DNA of 43,426 bases from Acutalibacteraceae bacterium. GTDB taxonomy: Bacteria > Bacillota > Clostridia > Oscillospirales > Acutalibacteraceae. Shown piece by piece: positions 1-9,290 of the stretch (position 1 is the first letter of the stretch; each line of letters starts with the position of its first letter). Position numbers and translations under genes: made by a program. The stretch covers positions 1 to 43,426 of the forward strand of contig CAVHYZ010000002.1 in assembly GCA_963640495.1 (NCBI GenBank), given 5' to 3'. The notes below the pieces were generated by a model. It did not search any database. It saw nothing but the letters and a program-made list of their open reading frames with translations, and was not told the origin of the DNA.

Positions 1-164
1 ACTACATGACTGCGTTTTCTCCGCTTGAGGCGTGTCAGCCTATGAAATTTTCTTGTTTTCTAAAAATCCCTATGGCGAACCGCCTAAAGGGGAGCTTCTT
101 CATTTAGAATTTGAAATCGGGAACAATGCACAAATACCATATATTATATGTTCCACATTTGAGT

Positions 165-854
165 TTACATAATCTCTCCGGTAACTGCACTTATAATGTC
201 TTTATAGACCGCCAAAAGTGACGAGGAAATATATTTATCAAGATGCATGGATCCGAAAAACCATCGTCTGTAAGTGCAAACCCCGGAAAGCTCTTCAAAA
301 TAAGTATTAAGTCCGTTTACCGTTGCGTTTTCACCATCTTTTAATTGTAAAAAAGACTTAACCTTCACGGGAGGTTCGTGGGTAATTATAAAATCTATTT
401 TACAATCTAATTTTTCAAGATTGTTAGCGCCCTCAATCATTTCTTCCCTTGTGGGAAACTCATCCTTAGACCAAGCATTTTCTTCAAATCTTATATCAAT
501 ATCCGGGCTTTCGCCACCGCCCATAGTGAAATAAGTCATGTTGTCAATTCTGAAAATTTGGCCTCTCATAAGATGATAAATATTATCTGTAATTTTATGT
601 ACCTTACCGCCATTCCATTTTTCTTCAGAGAAAGAATTTAATATTTCGAAGTTTTCATGTGTGCCGTCAATAAAGCAAATAGTAAATTTCTTTTTTGCCA
701 ACTTTCTAAGGCGCTTTTGTTCCTCTTTGCTGCCGTCCCACAGGAAGCCGAAATCGCCGCAAACTATAAGGATATCGTCTTTTGTAAACTTTTTGAAAGC
801 AGGATTTTCAAACCTTGCATAATCTCCATGCATATCTCCGGTTACATAAACCAT
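165..854 (-). CDS. Calcineurin-like metallophosphoesterase with variant motifs
   Basis: Motifs GDMHG, CGDFG, DGTHE, THEPP and FGSMH. Start moved to ATG 854, which has GGAGA upstream. Confidence 0.85.
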   Translation of the reverse strand: MVYVTGDMHGDYARFENPAFKKFTKDDILIVCGDFGFLWDGSKEEQKRLRKLAKKKFTICFIDGTHENFEILNSFSEEKWNGGKVHKITDNIYHLMRGQIFRIDNMTYFTMGGGESPDIDIRFEENAWSKDEFPTREEMIEGANNLEKLDCKIDFIITHEPPVKVKSFLQLKDGENATVNGLNTYFEELSGVCTYRRWFFGSMHLDKYISSSLLAVYKDIISAVTGEIM

Positions 855-898
855 AAATTTATCTCCAATCATGTGATAGCTGTTGCTTTGCTGGATCA

Positions 899-1025
899 GC
901 AATTAGCAATATAGGCCAAAGCCTAATGTGGAATTAGCAATGAAAAGTGGTTAGTGTGCAGTTCCTGCAAAATTATATAATCGAAGATTGCTGCGCAATC
1001 TCCATTTCATTCCACATTTCACATT
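899..1025. repeat. REP/MITE-like palindromic intergenic element
   Basis: Inverted repeat AATGTGGAAT (925-934) / ATTCCACATT (1009-1018), inner hairpin AGATTGC-tgc-GCAATCT (985-1001), direct repeat AATTAGCAAT at 901 and 932. Confidence 0.4.
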
Positions 1026-1120
1026 GAACAAAGTAACTTCTAACTGTAGCAGCTTTAATCTTACATTAATTCTTAAAAAAAATCAAGATATACATCCTGT
1101 TAATTTATGTATTTTTCACA

Positions 1121-1149
1121 TTGCATTATATTAAAATTTAATATATAAT
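1121..1149 (+). promoter_or_regulatory. Putative sigma-A promoter of the ABC exporter pair
   Basis: TTGCAT-N17-TATAAT. Confidence 0.55.
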
Positions 1150-1193
1150 ATTGCGTCAATAAATCTATAATATAAGAAAGGTAGGTGCTCTGC

Positions 1194-2987
1194 TTGAAAA
1201 GGCTTTTAAAGTGTCTGCGTGAATATAAAGCTCCCACATTTATCACTTTTTTATTTATGATAGGCGAAGCTTTTATGGAATGTCAAATTCCTACCCTTAC
1301 CGCAGATCTTGTTAATAATATTAAAGCTTTCTCCGGCCTTACAGGCGATGCTGCAAAAGATGCTCTTACAGGTGTGCTGGAAACAGGCCTAAAGCTTATT
1401 TTAATGGCTTGTATTTCTCTTTGCTGCGGCGGTGCTGCCGGATACACCTGTTCAAAAGCTGCAGCGGGCTTTGCAAAAAATCTAAGGCACGATGTCTATT
1501 CAAAAGTTCAGGATTTTTCCTTTGGCAATGTGGATAAATTCTCATCATCGTCCCTTGTAACCCGTCTTACAACAGACATTGCAAATATTCAATTTGCATA
1601 TATGAATTTCATAAGATCAGCTATACGATGCCCGCTTATGGTAATTTTCAGTATAGTTATGGCTTACAGGATGGCCGGCTCACTTGCAATGACTTTCGTC
1701 TTCATTATTCCCGTGCTTGTAATAGGACTTGCAATAGTTATAAGAATTGCCACCCCTGCATTCCGCAGAGTTTTCAAAAAGTACGATGCTCTTAATGAAT
1801 CAATTGAAGAAAATATCAGAGGTATGAGGGTTGTTAAAGGCTTTGCTCGTGAAAAATATGAAAAGCAAAAATTTGACGCCTCAGCTGAGAATATTCGTAA
1901 AGATTTCACTTTTGCAGAAAGAGTCGTTGCCCTCAATAACCCCCTTATGCAAATTTGCGTAAACTTTAACCTTGTGTTTATCATGTATGTAGGCGCAAGA
2001 ATAATACTCAGAGATAACGGCATAACAAGAAGCTTCGGCGGTGAAATCACCATTGGTGTAGGCCAACTCAGCGCAATGCTTACTTACGCTTTCCAAATTC
2101 TTATGTCTCTAATGTTCCTGTCACTTATTTTTGTTATTCTTACAATGAGCGCTGAATCCATAAACAGGATAAGTGAGGTACTTAAGGAAGAATCAACTCT
2201 TACTAACCCTGAAAATCCCGTTTATGAAATTTCCGACGGCAGTGTCGATTTTGAAAATGTAGCTTTTAAATATTCCGAAAAATCCGATAGATATTCTCTT
2301 TCAAGCACTACCTTGCATATTCCGACAGGCGCAACAGTTGGCATCCTCGGCGGCACAGGCGTCGGCAAATCAACCCTCGTTCAACTTATTCCCCGCCTTT
2401 ATGATGTTACCGAAGGCACTGTAAAGGTCGGCGGCAGAAATGTTAAAGAATATGACCTTACCGCACTGCGTGATGCGGTTGCCATGGTGCTTCAAAAGAA
2501 TGTTATTTTCTCCGGTACAATTAAAGATAACCTTCGCTGGGGCAATCCCAATGCAACAGATGAAGAAATGATTGAGGCTTGTAAGCTTGCTCAGGCAGAT
2601 GAATTTATTTCAACCTTCCCCGATGGATATGACACAAAAATCGAGCAAGGTGGCACAAATGTTTCCGGCGGTCAAAAGCAGAGGCTTTGCATTGCCAGAG
2701 CTCTTCTTAAAAAGCCTAAAATTCTCATTCTCGATGATTCAACAAGTGCTGTTGATACCAAAACAGACGCTTTAATCCGTGAGGGCTTCCGTTCATTTAT
2801 TCCCGAAACCACAAAGATAATCATTGCTCAACGCATTTCTTCCGTCCAAGATGCAGGTATGATTATAGTTATGGATAACGGAGCCGTTGTGGATATAGGC
2901 ACTCATGAAGAACTTCTTGCGAGAAGTGAAATTTACCGTGAGGTTCACCTGCAACAAACTACAAGCGGAGGTGAAGATAATGCCTGA
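1194..2987 (+). CDS. Heterodimeric ABC exporter, TMD-NBD subunit with degenerate site
   Basis: Hydrophobic N-terminal half, Walker A GGTGVGKS, signature VSGGQ, degenerate Walker B ILDD and Gln switch (IAQR). Likely TTG start at 1194 after AGGTG; GTG 1185 is an alternative. Confidence 0.9.
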   Translation: MKRLLKCLREYKAPTFITFLFMIGEAFMECQIPTLTADLVNNIKAFSGLTGDAAKDALTGVLETGLKLILMACISLCCGGAAGYTCSKAAAGFAKNLRHDVYSKVQDFSFGNVDKFSSSSLVTRLTTDIANIQFAYMNFIRSAIRCPLMVIFSIVMAYRMAGSLAMTFVFIIPVLVIGLAIVIRIATPAFRRVFKKYDALNESIEENIRGMRVVKGFAREKYEKQKFDASAENIRKDFTFAERVVALNNPLMQICVNFNLVFIMYVGARIILRDNGITRSFGGEITIGVGQLSAMLTYAFQILMSLMFLSLIFVILTMSAESINRISEVLKEESTLTNPENPVYEISDGSVDFENVAFKYSEKSDRYSLSSTTLHIPTGATVGILGGTGVGKSTLVQLIPRLYDVTEGTVKVGGRNVKEYDLTALRDAVAMVLQKNVIFSGTIKDNLRWGNPNATDEEMIEACKLAQADEFISTFPDGYDTKIEQGGTNVSGGQKQRLCIARALLKKPKILILDDSTSAVDTKTDALIREGFRSFIPETTKIIIAQRISSVQDAGMIIVMDNGAVVDIGTHEELLARSEIYREVHLQQTTSGGEDNA

Positions 2988-4887
2988 TAAAAGCAGCAAA
3001 AAACCGAGCCTTGATTTAAAAGTTCTCGGCAGAATTTTTAAGTATCTTTTTAAATTTTGCCCTGTCTTATTTCCCGTTGCTCTTTTATGTATTGCTTTTA
3101 CGGCTGTTGCAGCTGCAGTGCCGGCAATATTTATTCAAAATATAACTCAGGTTATTGAGGATTGGAGCAAAACCGGCAACTGGGAAGGAGCAAGAGAAAT
3201 TATCATTTCAAAGCTTGTTTTGCTTGTGGGAATGTATATACTTTCCATTCTTTCCGCTACTGCATATAACCAGCTTATGGCATATATCACTCAAGGCTTC
3301 CTTTGCAAAATGAGAGGAACCATGTTTGAAAAGATGCAAAGCTTACCCATCAAATATTTTGACACCCATAAACACGGGGATATAATGAGCTACTACACCA
3401 ACGACATTGATACTCTTCGTCAGCTCGTTTCCCAATCTGTTCCCACTCTTGTTCAAGCAATAATTATTGTAATAGCTGTTCTCTTTATCATGATTTATTA
3501 CAGCATTTGGCTTACTGCCATTGTGCTTGTCAGCGTTGTTTTAATGACTCTTATTTCCGGCAAAATCGGCGGAGGTTCGGCAAAATATTTCCTTCGCCAG
3601 CAAATTTCTCTCGGTAAAACAGAGGGATACATTCAGGAAATGATGAACGGTCAAAAGGTTGTCAAAGTTTTTAATCATGAAGAAAAGAGCCAACAAGATT
3701 TTGATGAAGTAAATGAAGCCCTTTTTCATGATGCGTTCAGAGCGAATGCTTACGCCAATACACTTGGCCCGATTATAATGAATTTAGGCAACCTGCTCTA
3801 TGTTTTAATCGCCGTTGCCGGCGGCCTGTTTATGATTACGGGAGCAAAAAACATCAGCATTTCCGGTATGGCAATGAGTGTAAGCATTATTGTTCCGTTT
3901 CTTAATATGACAAAGCAATTCACCGGCAACGTAAATCAGCTTTCGCAGCAAATAAATGCCGTTGTTATGGCTATGGCGGGTGCAAACAGAATTTTCTCCA
4001 TTATTGACGAAGAATCGGAAACAGACGATGGCTATGTTACTCTTGTGAATGCATCAATTGCTCCGGACGGCACTATTACCGAAACGGACAAACGCACAGG
4101 CAGGTGGGCCTGGAAACACCCTCACCGTGACGGCACTGTTACTTACACAGAGCTTAAAGGCGATGTAAGAATGTTCAATGTAGACTTTGCTTATGTTGAA
4201 GGCAAAGATGTCTTACACGACGTTTCCGTTTATGCAGAGCCCGGCCAGAAGGTTGCTTTTGTAGGCGCAACGGGTGCAGGCAAAACCACAATTACAAATC
4301 TTATAAACAGATTTTATGATATTGCCGATGGCAAAATTCGCTATGATGGTATAAATATCAACAAAATTAAAAAAGCAGATTTAAGGCGTTCTTTAGGTCT
4401 TGTACTTCAAGATACAAACCTTTTCAGCGGCACGGTTATGGATAACATCCGTTATGGCCGCCTTGATGCAACAGACGAAGAATGTATTGAAGCAGCTAAG
4501 CTTGCCGGTGCAGATGATTTTATTACCCGTTTGCCCGGAGGCTATAATGCAGAGCTTGCAAATAACGGCTCCAATCTTTCTCAAGGTCAAAGACAGCTTA
4601 TTTCAATTGCCAGAGCTGCCGTTGCCGACCCCCCGGTTATGATTCTTGATGAAGCAACATCTTCCATTGATACCCGTACAGAAGCCATTGTTCAGCGAGG
4701 TATGGATAAAATCATGGAAAACAGAACGGTATTTGTAATCGCTCACAGGCTTTCAACCGTTAAGGATTCCGATGTTATTATGGTGCTTGACCATGGCCAT
4801 ATTATTGAGCGTGGCAATCACGAACAGCTTATAACCGAAAAAGGCACATATTACAGCTTATATACCGGTGCTTTTGAACTGGAATAA
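2980..4887 (+). CDS. Heterodimeric ABC exporter, TMD-NBD subunit with consensus site
   Basis: Walker A GATGAGKT, signature LSQGQ, Walker B ILDE, switch IAHR. ATG 2980 follows GGAGGTG and overlaps the upstream stop. Confidence 0.92.
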   Translation: MPDKSSKKPSLDLKVLGRIFKYLFKFCPVLFPVALLCIAFTAVAAAVPAIFIQNITQVIEDWSKTGNWEGAREIIISKLVLLVGMYILSILSATAYNQLMAYITQGFLCKMRGTMFEKMQSLPIKYFDTHKHGDIMSYYTNDIDTLRQLVSQSVPTLVQAIIIVIAVLFIMIYYSIWLTAIVLVSVVLMTLISGKIGGGSAKYFLRQQISLGKTEGYIQEMMNGQKVVKVFNHEEKSQQDFDEVNEALFHDAFRANAYANTLGPIIMNLGNLLYVLIAVAGGLFMITGAKNISISGMAMSVSIIVPFLNMTKQFTGNVNQLSQQINAVVMAMAGANRIFSIIDEESETDDGYVTLVNASIAPDGTITETDKRTGRWAWKHPHRDGTVTYTELKGDVRMFNVDFAYVEGKDVLHDVSVYAEPGQKVAFVGATGAGKTTITNLINRFYDIADGKIRYDGININKIKKADLRRSLGLVLQDTNLFSGTVMDNIRYGRLDATDEECIEAAKLAGADDFITRLPGGYNAELANNGSNLSQGQRQLISIARAAVADPPVMILDEATSSIDTRTEAIVQRGMDKIMENRTVFVIAHRLSTVKDSDVIMVLDHGHIIERGNHEQLITEKGTYYSLYTGAFELE

Positions 4888-4904
4888 AAATTATCTTTAG
4901 AGAG

Positions 4905-4942
4905 AAAAATCTCCGCTCAACCATTATTGGGAGCGGAGATTT
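4905..4942. terminator. Intrinsic terminator between the convergent ABC and vor operons
   Basis: AAATCTCCGCTC (4907-4918) / GAGCGGAGATTT (4931-4942) with A/T flanks. Confidence 0.8.
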
Positions 4943-4954
4943 CTAATTTTAATT

Positions 4955-5485
4955 TTATGAGTTATATCCTGTATCAAGGGCCTTAAAGTTAATTTCTTTA
5001 AGGTTTGCTTTTCTTGCGGAAACGATCTTATCAAGAGCCTTATCAATATTATTGTAGGGCAAAACACCGGTTTCTTTGATAAGTTTGCCGGTGATAATCA
5101 TATTTGCAAGAGTGGGAGCACCGATTTCTGCTGCAAGGCGAGTAGCGGGAATGTAATAAACATCAACATCCGTTCTCTTAACCTTTCTCTCAATGAGGGT
5201 GGAATCAACAAAAATCTTGCCGCCGGGAACAACTGCATCTTCATATTTATCAAGGGAAGGAAGATTCATAACAACAAGCACGTCGGGCTTTGCAACGATA
5301 GGTGAACCTACGGGTTCATCGCTGATTATAACGCTGCAGTTTGCAGTGCCGCCTCTCATTTCAGGGCCGTATGAAGGGAGCCAGCTGAGCTGCTTATTTT
5401 CAAGAAGTGCTTTGTATGCAAGGAATTTACCTGCGAAAAGAACGCCTTGACCGCCGAATCCGGCAATAAGGATTTCAGTAGTCAT
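4955..5485 (-). CDS. 2-oxoacid:ferredoxin oxidoreductase gamma subunit
   Basis: AGFGGQG and SYGPEMRGG motifs; start MTTEIL at 5485 after GGAGG. Confidence 0.92.
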   Translation of the reverse strand: MTTEILIAGFGGQGVLFAGKFLAYKALLENKQLSWLPSYGPEMRGGTANCSVIISDEPVGSPIVAKPDVLVVMNLPSLDKYEDAVVPGGKIFVDSTLIERKVKRTDVDVYYIPATRLAAEIGAPTLANMIITGKLIKETGVLPYNNIDKALDKIVSARKANLKEINFKALDTGYNS

Positions 5486-5486
5486 A

Positions 5487-6242
5487 TTATTCGGCCTCCT
5501 TTGCTGCGCTTCTGTCCTTATAAACACCGAGAGGATAATAAGGAATCATCTTTTCATCAATCCATTGAAGAGCCGCATCGGGAGTCATGCCCCAGTTTGT
5601 GGGGCAGGAAGATACAACCTCAACAAGTGAGAAACCTTTGTTGTTAACCTGATTTTCAAAAGCCTTTTTAATAGCTTTCTGAGCCTGTTTAACATTCTTT
5701 ACGTTGTTAACGGCAACACGGGCAATATACTCGGGGCCGTCAAGGGTTGAAAGAAGCTCGCAAATTCTGATTGGGAATCCTGCAGTAGTAACATCTCTGC
5801 CGTAAGGTGAAGTCTGAGTAACCTGGCCGGGAAGAGATGTAGGAGCCATTTGGCCGCCTGTCATACCGTAAATTGCATTATTTACGAATATGATTGTAAT
5901 ATTTTCGTTTCTTGTGGCGGAGTGAACGGTCTCTGCCATACCGATTGAAGCAAGGTCGCCGTCACCCTGATAGGTGAAAATAATATTTTCGGGTAAAGAC
6001 CTTTTAAGGCCTGTTGCAACTGCGGGAGCTCTGCCGTGGGCAGCCTCTACCATGTCACAAGTGAAATAATTATAAGCCATAACTGCACAGCCAACGGGTG
6101 CTACGCCGATGGTTTTACCCTCTATTCCCAGCTCATCAATAGCCTGTGCTACAAGACGGTGAATAATGCCGTGAGTGCAGCCGGGACAATAATGAAGGGG
6201 AGCATCTGTCAAACTTTTCGGTTTTTCAAAAACAACTGCCAT
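5487..6242 (-). CDS. 2-oxoacid:ferredoxin oxidoreductase beta (TPP-binding) subunit, VOR-like
   Basis: [11 protein letters not shown] motif GDGD...NN, YGMTGGQ, SCPTNW. Confidence 0.93.
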   Translation of the reverse strand: MAVVFEKPKSLTDAPLHYCPGCTHGIIHRLVAQAIDELGIEGKTIGVAPVGCAVMAYNYFTCDMVEAAHGRAPAVATGLKRSLPENIIFTYQGDGDLASIGMAETVHSATRNENITIIFVNNAIYGMTGGQMAPTSLPGQVTQTSPYGRDVTTAGFPIRICELLSTLDGPEYIARVAVNNVKNVKQAQKAIKKAFENQVNNKGFSLVEVVSSCPTNWGMTPDAALQWIDEKMIPYYPLGVYKDRSAAKEAE

Positions 6243-7303
6243 TATTTGTTACCTCCTGCTGCTTTTTTTATTGATTCAAGAACCTGCTCCGGTGCGGGAA
6301 TCATACCACCTGCTCTATTGCAAAGAGTTACGGGAACCTTACATTCTGCTGCAAGGGTAATATCCTCAATCATCTGGCCCATTGAAAGCTCAACGGAGAT
6401 AATTTCTTTGCAATGTGTTGCTGCTTTTGCAATAGGTGCTTTGGGGAATGGCCAAATTGTAATGGGTCTGATAAGGCCGGCTTTAATGCCTTGTTTTCTT
6501 GCCTCAACAACAGCATTTCTTGAAACACGAGCAGCGATACCGAACGCAACAACGCAGATTTCAGCGTCATCCATCATAAACTCTTCATATCTTACTTCGT
6601 TTTCTTCAACAGCCTTATATCTTTCGTATCTCTCAAAGTTTACTTTTTCAAGTTCTTCGGGAACAAGGTAAAGAGAATTGATAATATTGTGCTTTCTCTT
6701 CATTTCCGTGCCGGTAACAGCCCAAGGCTTTTCAATCATCTTAGGCGCTGTTTCGGGAAGCTCAACAGGCTCCATCATCTGGCCCATTGTGCCGTCTGCA
6801 AGAAGCATTGCGGGCATTCTGTATTTATCGGCAAGCTCAAAAGCAAGGCCGGTAAGGTCTGCCATTTCCTGAACCGATGCAGGGGTAAGAACGATAAGGT
6901 GATAGTCACCGTGTCCGCCACCCTTTGTTGCCTGGAAATAATCGGACTGTGAAGGCTGAATGCCGCCAAGGCCTGGGCCACCTCTTTGAACATTTACGAT
7001 AAGTGCGGGAAGGTCTGCACCTGCAATATAGGAAATACCTTCCTGTTTAAGTGAAACTCCGGGGCTTGAGGAAGAGGTCATAACTCTCTTACCTGTGCTG
7101 GAAACCCCGTATACCATGTTGATTGCAGCAATTTCGCTTTCAGCCTGAAGGAAGGTTCCACCGATTTTAGGCATTCTTTTTGCCATATAAGCAGCAAGCT
7201 CGGTTTGGGGAGTAATAGGGTAACCGAAATAGTGCATACAGCCTGCTCTTATAGCAGCCTCTGCAATAGCCTCGTTACCTTTCATAAGAACTTTTTCAGA
7301 CAT
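6242..7303 (-). CDS. vorB: 2-oxoacid:ferredoxin oxidoreductase alpha subunit, 3-methyl-2-oxobutanoate (VOR) type
   Basis: [35 protein letters not shown] and KGGGHGDY, typical of the VorB-type alpha subunit. Confidence 0.88.
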   Translation of the reverse strand: MSEKVLMKGNEAIAEAAIRAGCMHYFGYPITPQTELAAYMAKRMPKIGGTFLQAESEIAAINMVYGVSSTGKRVMTSSSSPGVSLKQEGISYIAGADLPALIVNVQRGGPGLGGIQPSQSDYFQATKGGGHGDYHLIVLTPASVQEMADLTGLAFELADKYRMPAMLLADGTMGQMMEPVELPETAPKMIEKPWAVTGTEMKRKHNIINSLYLVPEELEKVNFERYERYKAVEENEVRYEEFMMDDAEICVVAFGIAARVSRNAVVEARKQGIKAGLIRPITIWPFPKAPIAKAATHCKEIISVELSMGQMIEDITLAAECKVPVTLCNRAGGMIPAPEQVLESIKKAAGGNK

Positions 7304-7308
7304 TTATC

Positions 7309-7521
7309 TCACACTCCTTTTTCTACTGTAATAACGCAGTCAGGGCACATAGTTGCACAGAAAGCACAGCCTATGCACTTGCTTTGGTCAGTCATTTCGG
7401 CGGGAGAATGTCCTTTTTTATTGATCTTATCCTTTGCAATTACAAGTATCTGCTTTGGGCAAGCCGAAACGCAAAGCCCACAGCCCTTGCATAAATCCGT
7501 GTCAAAGGTTACTTTGTTCAT
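7309..7521 (-). CDS. 2[4Fe-4S] ferredoxin, delta subunit of the oxidoreductase
   Basis: Two CxxCxxCxxxCP motifs (CKGCGLCVSACP and CIGCAFCATMCP). Confidence 0.93.
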   Translation of the reverse strand: MNKVTFDTDLCKGCGLCVSACPKQILVIAKDKINKKGHSPAEMTDQSKCIGCAFCATMCPDCVITVEKGV

Positions 7522-7539
7522 AAAAACACATTCCTTTCG

Positions 7540-8199
7540 TTAATAATATTTTGCCTGAAGCTTAATTGGGAAAATATTTTCTCCTTTTACGCTCCCTGCT
7601 ATAGAGTCCTTTACGGTAGTCATAACAATGGGAAGGCCGGACAGCTTTGATAATTCTTCCGCAAGTCCGTATGTGCCTTCGATATCCTTTGCGGTAGTTT
7701 CTTCTCCTAAATTTGAATTGTTAATGATTCCCGTAAAAGGTACTTTACCTGCGATTTCAATTTCGTGCATAACTTCTATAGAATCTGCGGCATTCTGAGT
7801 AAGAGGCCTGAAGAAATTTGCCACGAAAAAGTTATCATAGTTATTTTCCTCAATTATATAGGGAGTAAATCTGCCAAGGGCGTAAGCGCCTCGGTCGTCA
7901 CCGCCTATATCAAGCACTGCACAGCGATTTTTTTGCTGAAACAAGCCGTAAAGCTCTTGGGGAAGAGCAGGCAAATCCACATTGGTATTTGCATAGTGAG
8001 GGCTTATGAGCCGTATACCGGCATCATTAAGCTCCTTTTCGCTATCCTTTGTGCGAAAATAGGGATTAACTATATCCATATCCGCAATATCTGTTTCTTC
8101 ACCGATGCTTTTAAGCCATAAAGCATAGTTCACAGCAATGTTTGTTTTGCCGCTGCCGTAGTGGCCGCAGAATAAAGTTACTCGCTTATGATTCAGCAT
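7540..8199 (-). CDS. P-loop ATPase (MinD/CobQ-like) of unknown function
   Basis: GHYGSGKT, DMDIVNPYFR, LDIGGD. Probable start ATG 8199 overlaps the ilvE stop (ATGCTGA); ATG 8214 is an alternative. Confidence 0.8.
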   Translation of the reverse strand: MLNHKRVTLFCGHYGSGKTNIAVNYALWLKSIGEETDIADMDIVNPYFRTKDSEKELNDAGIRLISPHYANTNVDLPALPQELYGLFQQKNRCAVLDIGGDDRGAYALGRFTPYIIEENNYDNFFVANFFRPLTQNAADSIEVMHEIEIAGKVPFTGIINNSNLGEETTAKDIEGTYGLAEELSKLSGLPIVMTTVKDSIAGSVKGENIFPIKLQAKYY

Positions 8200-9260
8200 A
8201 CCTTGTGAATCCAATTGTTTTTATCTTCGAGTTTGCCCCACTGGATGCCTGTGAGTTCATCATAAAGCATCTGTGTAACCTCGCCGATTTTACCGTTGCT
8301 GATTTCAAATTCGTCACCCTTGTAGCTGAGCCAGCCGATAGGTGAAACAACTGCTGCAGTGCCGGTGCCCCATGCCTCTTCAAGAGTACCATTCTTTGCA
8401 GCATCCTCAAGCTCGTCAACTGAGAGGAGTCTTTCGGAAACAGTATAGCCTTTTTGCTTAAGAAGTTCTACGCAGCTCTTTCTGGTGATACCGGGAAGAA
8501 CAGAGCCTGTAAGTTTAGGAGTAACGATTTCGCCGTTGATTTTGAACATAACGTTCATTGAACCAACTTCCTCGATGTACTTTCTTTCAACACCATCAAG
8601 CCAAAGAACCTGAGTGAAGCCCTTTTCTTCTGCCTTTTGGCCTGCACGGAGAGATGCAGCATAGTTGCCGCCGCACTTAGCATAGCCTGTGCCGCCTCTT
8701 ACTGCTCTGACGTCTTCGGATTCAATGGCAATCTTAACCGGGTTAATGCCCTCTGCGTAGTAAGCACCGGATGGGGAAAGAATTACAACATACCTTGCGT
8801 TGTGAACTGCGTGAACGCCGAGGTTTTCATCATTACCTATCATGAAAGGCCTGATGTAAAGAGATGTGCCCTCTGAATGAGGAACCCAATCTTTTTCAAG
8901 CTCAACAAGAGTATCGAAAATCTGCATTGCGTCTGCCTCATCAATCTGAGGAAGGCAAAGGCGCTCTGCGCTGTTATTCATTCTTCTGATGTTTTCAATA
9001 GGACGGAATAAAGCAATGTCGCCGTTGACTGTTCTGTAAGCTTTAAGACCCTCAAAAATCTCTGTGCCGTAATGAAGAACACTTGCAGCGGGATGTATGG
9101 GGATATAATCGAAAGGTACGATTCTTGCATCGTGCCAGCCCTTGTCTGCTGAATAATCCATTACGAACATGTGATCTGTGAATACTTTGCCGAAACCGAG
9201 CTTGGATTCATCTGTGGGCTTTGCCTTTGGGGTTGTGGTTTTTGTAATCTTGATTTCCAT
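8193..9260 (-). CDS. ilvE: Branched-chain amino acid aminotransferase
   Basis: LHYGTEIFEGLKAY, YIRP, PLP lysine in AKCGGNYA, EEVGSMN, LPGITR, GTAAVVSP. Confidence 0.96.
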   Translation of the reverse strand: MEIKITKTTTPKAKPTDESKLGFGKVFTDHMFVMDYSADKGWHDARIVPFDYIPIHPAASVLHYGTEIFEGLKAYRTVNGDIALFRPIENIRRMNNSAERLCLPQIDEADAMQIFDTLVELEKDWVPHSEGTSLYIRPFMIGNDENLGVHAVHNARYVVILSPSGAYYAEGINPVKIAIESEDVRAVRGGTGYAKCGGNYAASLRAGQKAEEKGFTQVLWLDGVERKYIEEVGSMNVMFKINGEIVTPKLTGSVLPGITRKSCVELLKQKGYTVSERLLSVDELEDAAKNGTLEEAWGTGTAAVVSPIGWLSYKGDEFEISNGKIGEVTQMLYDELTGIQWGKLEDKNNWIHKVC

Positions 9261-9290
9261 AATAAATCTTCCTTTCTGATTAATTGTATG

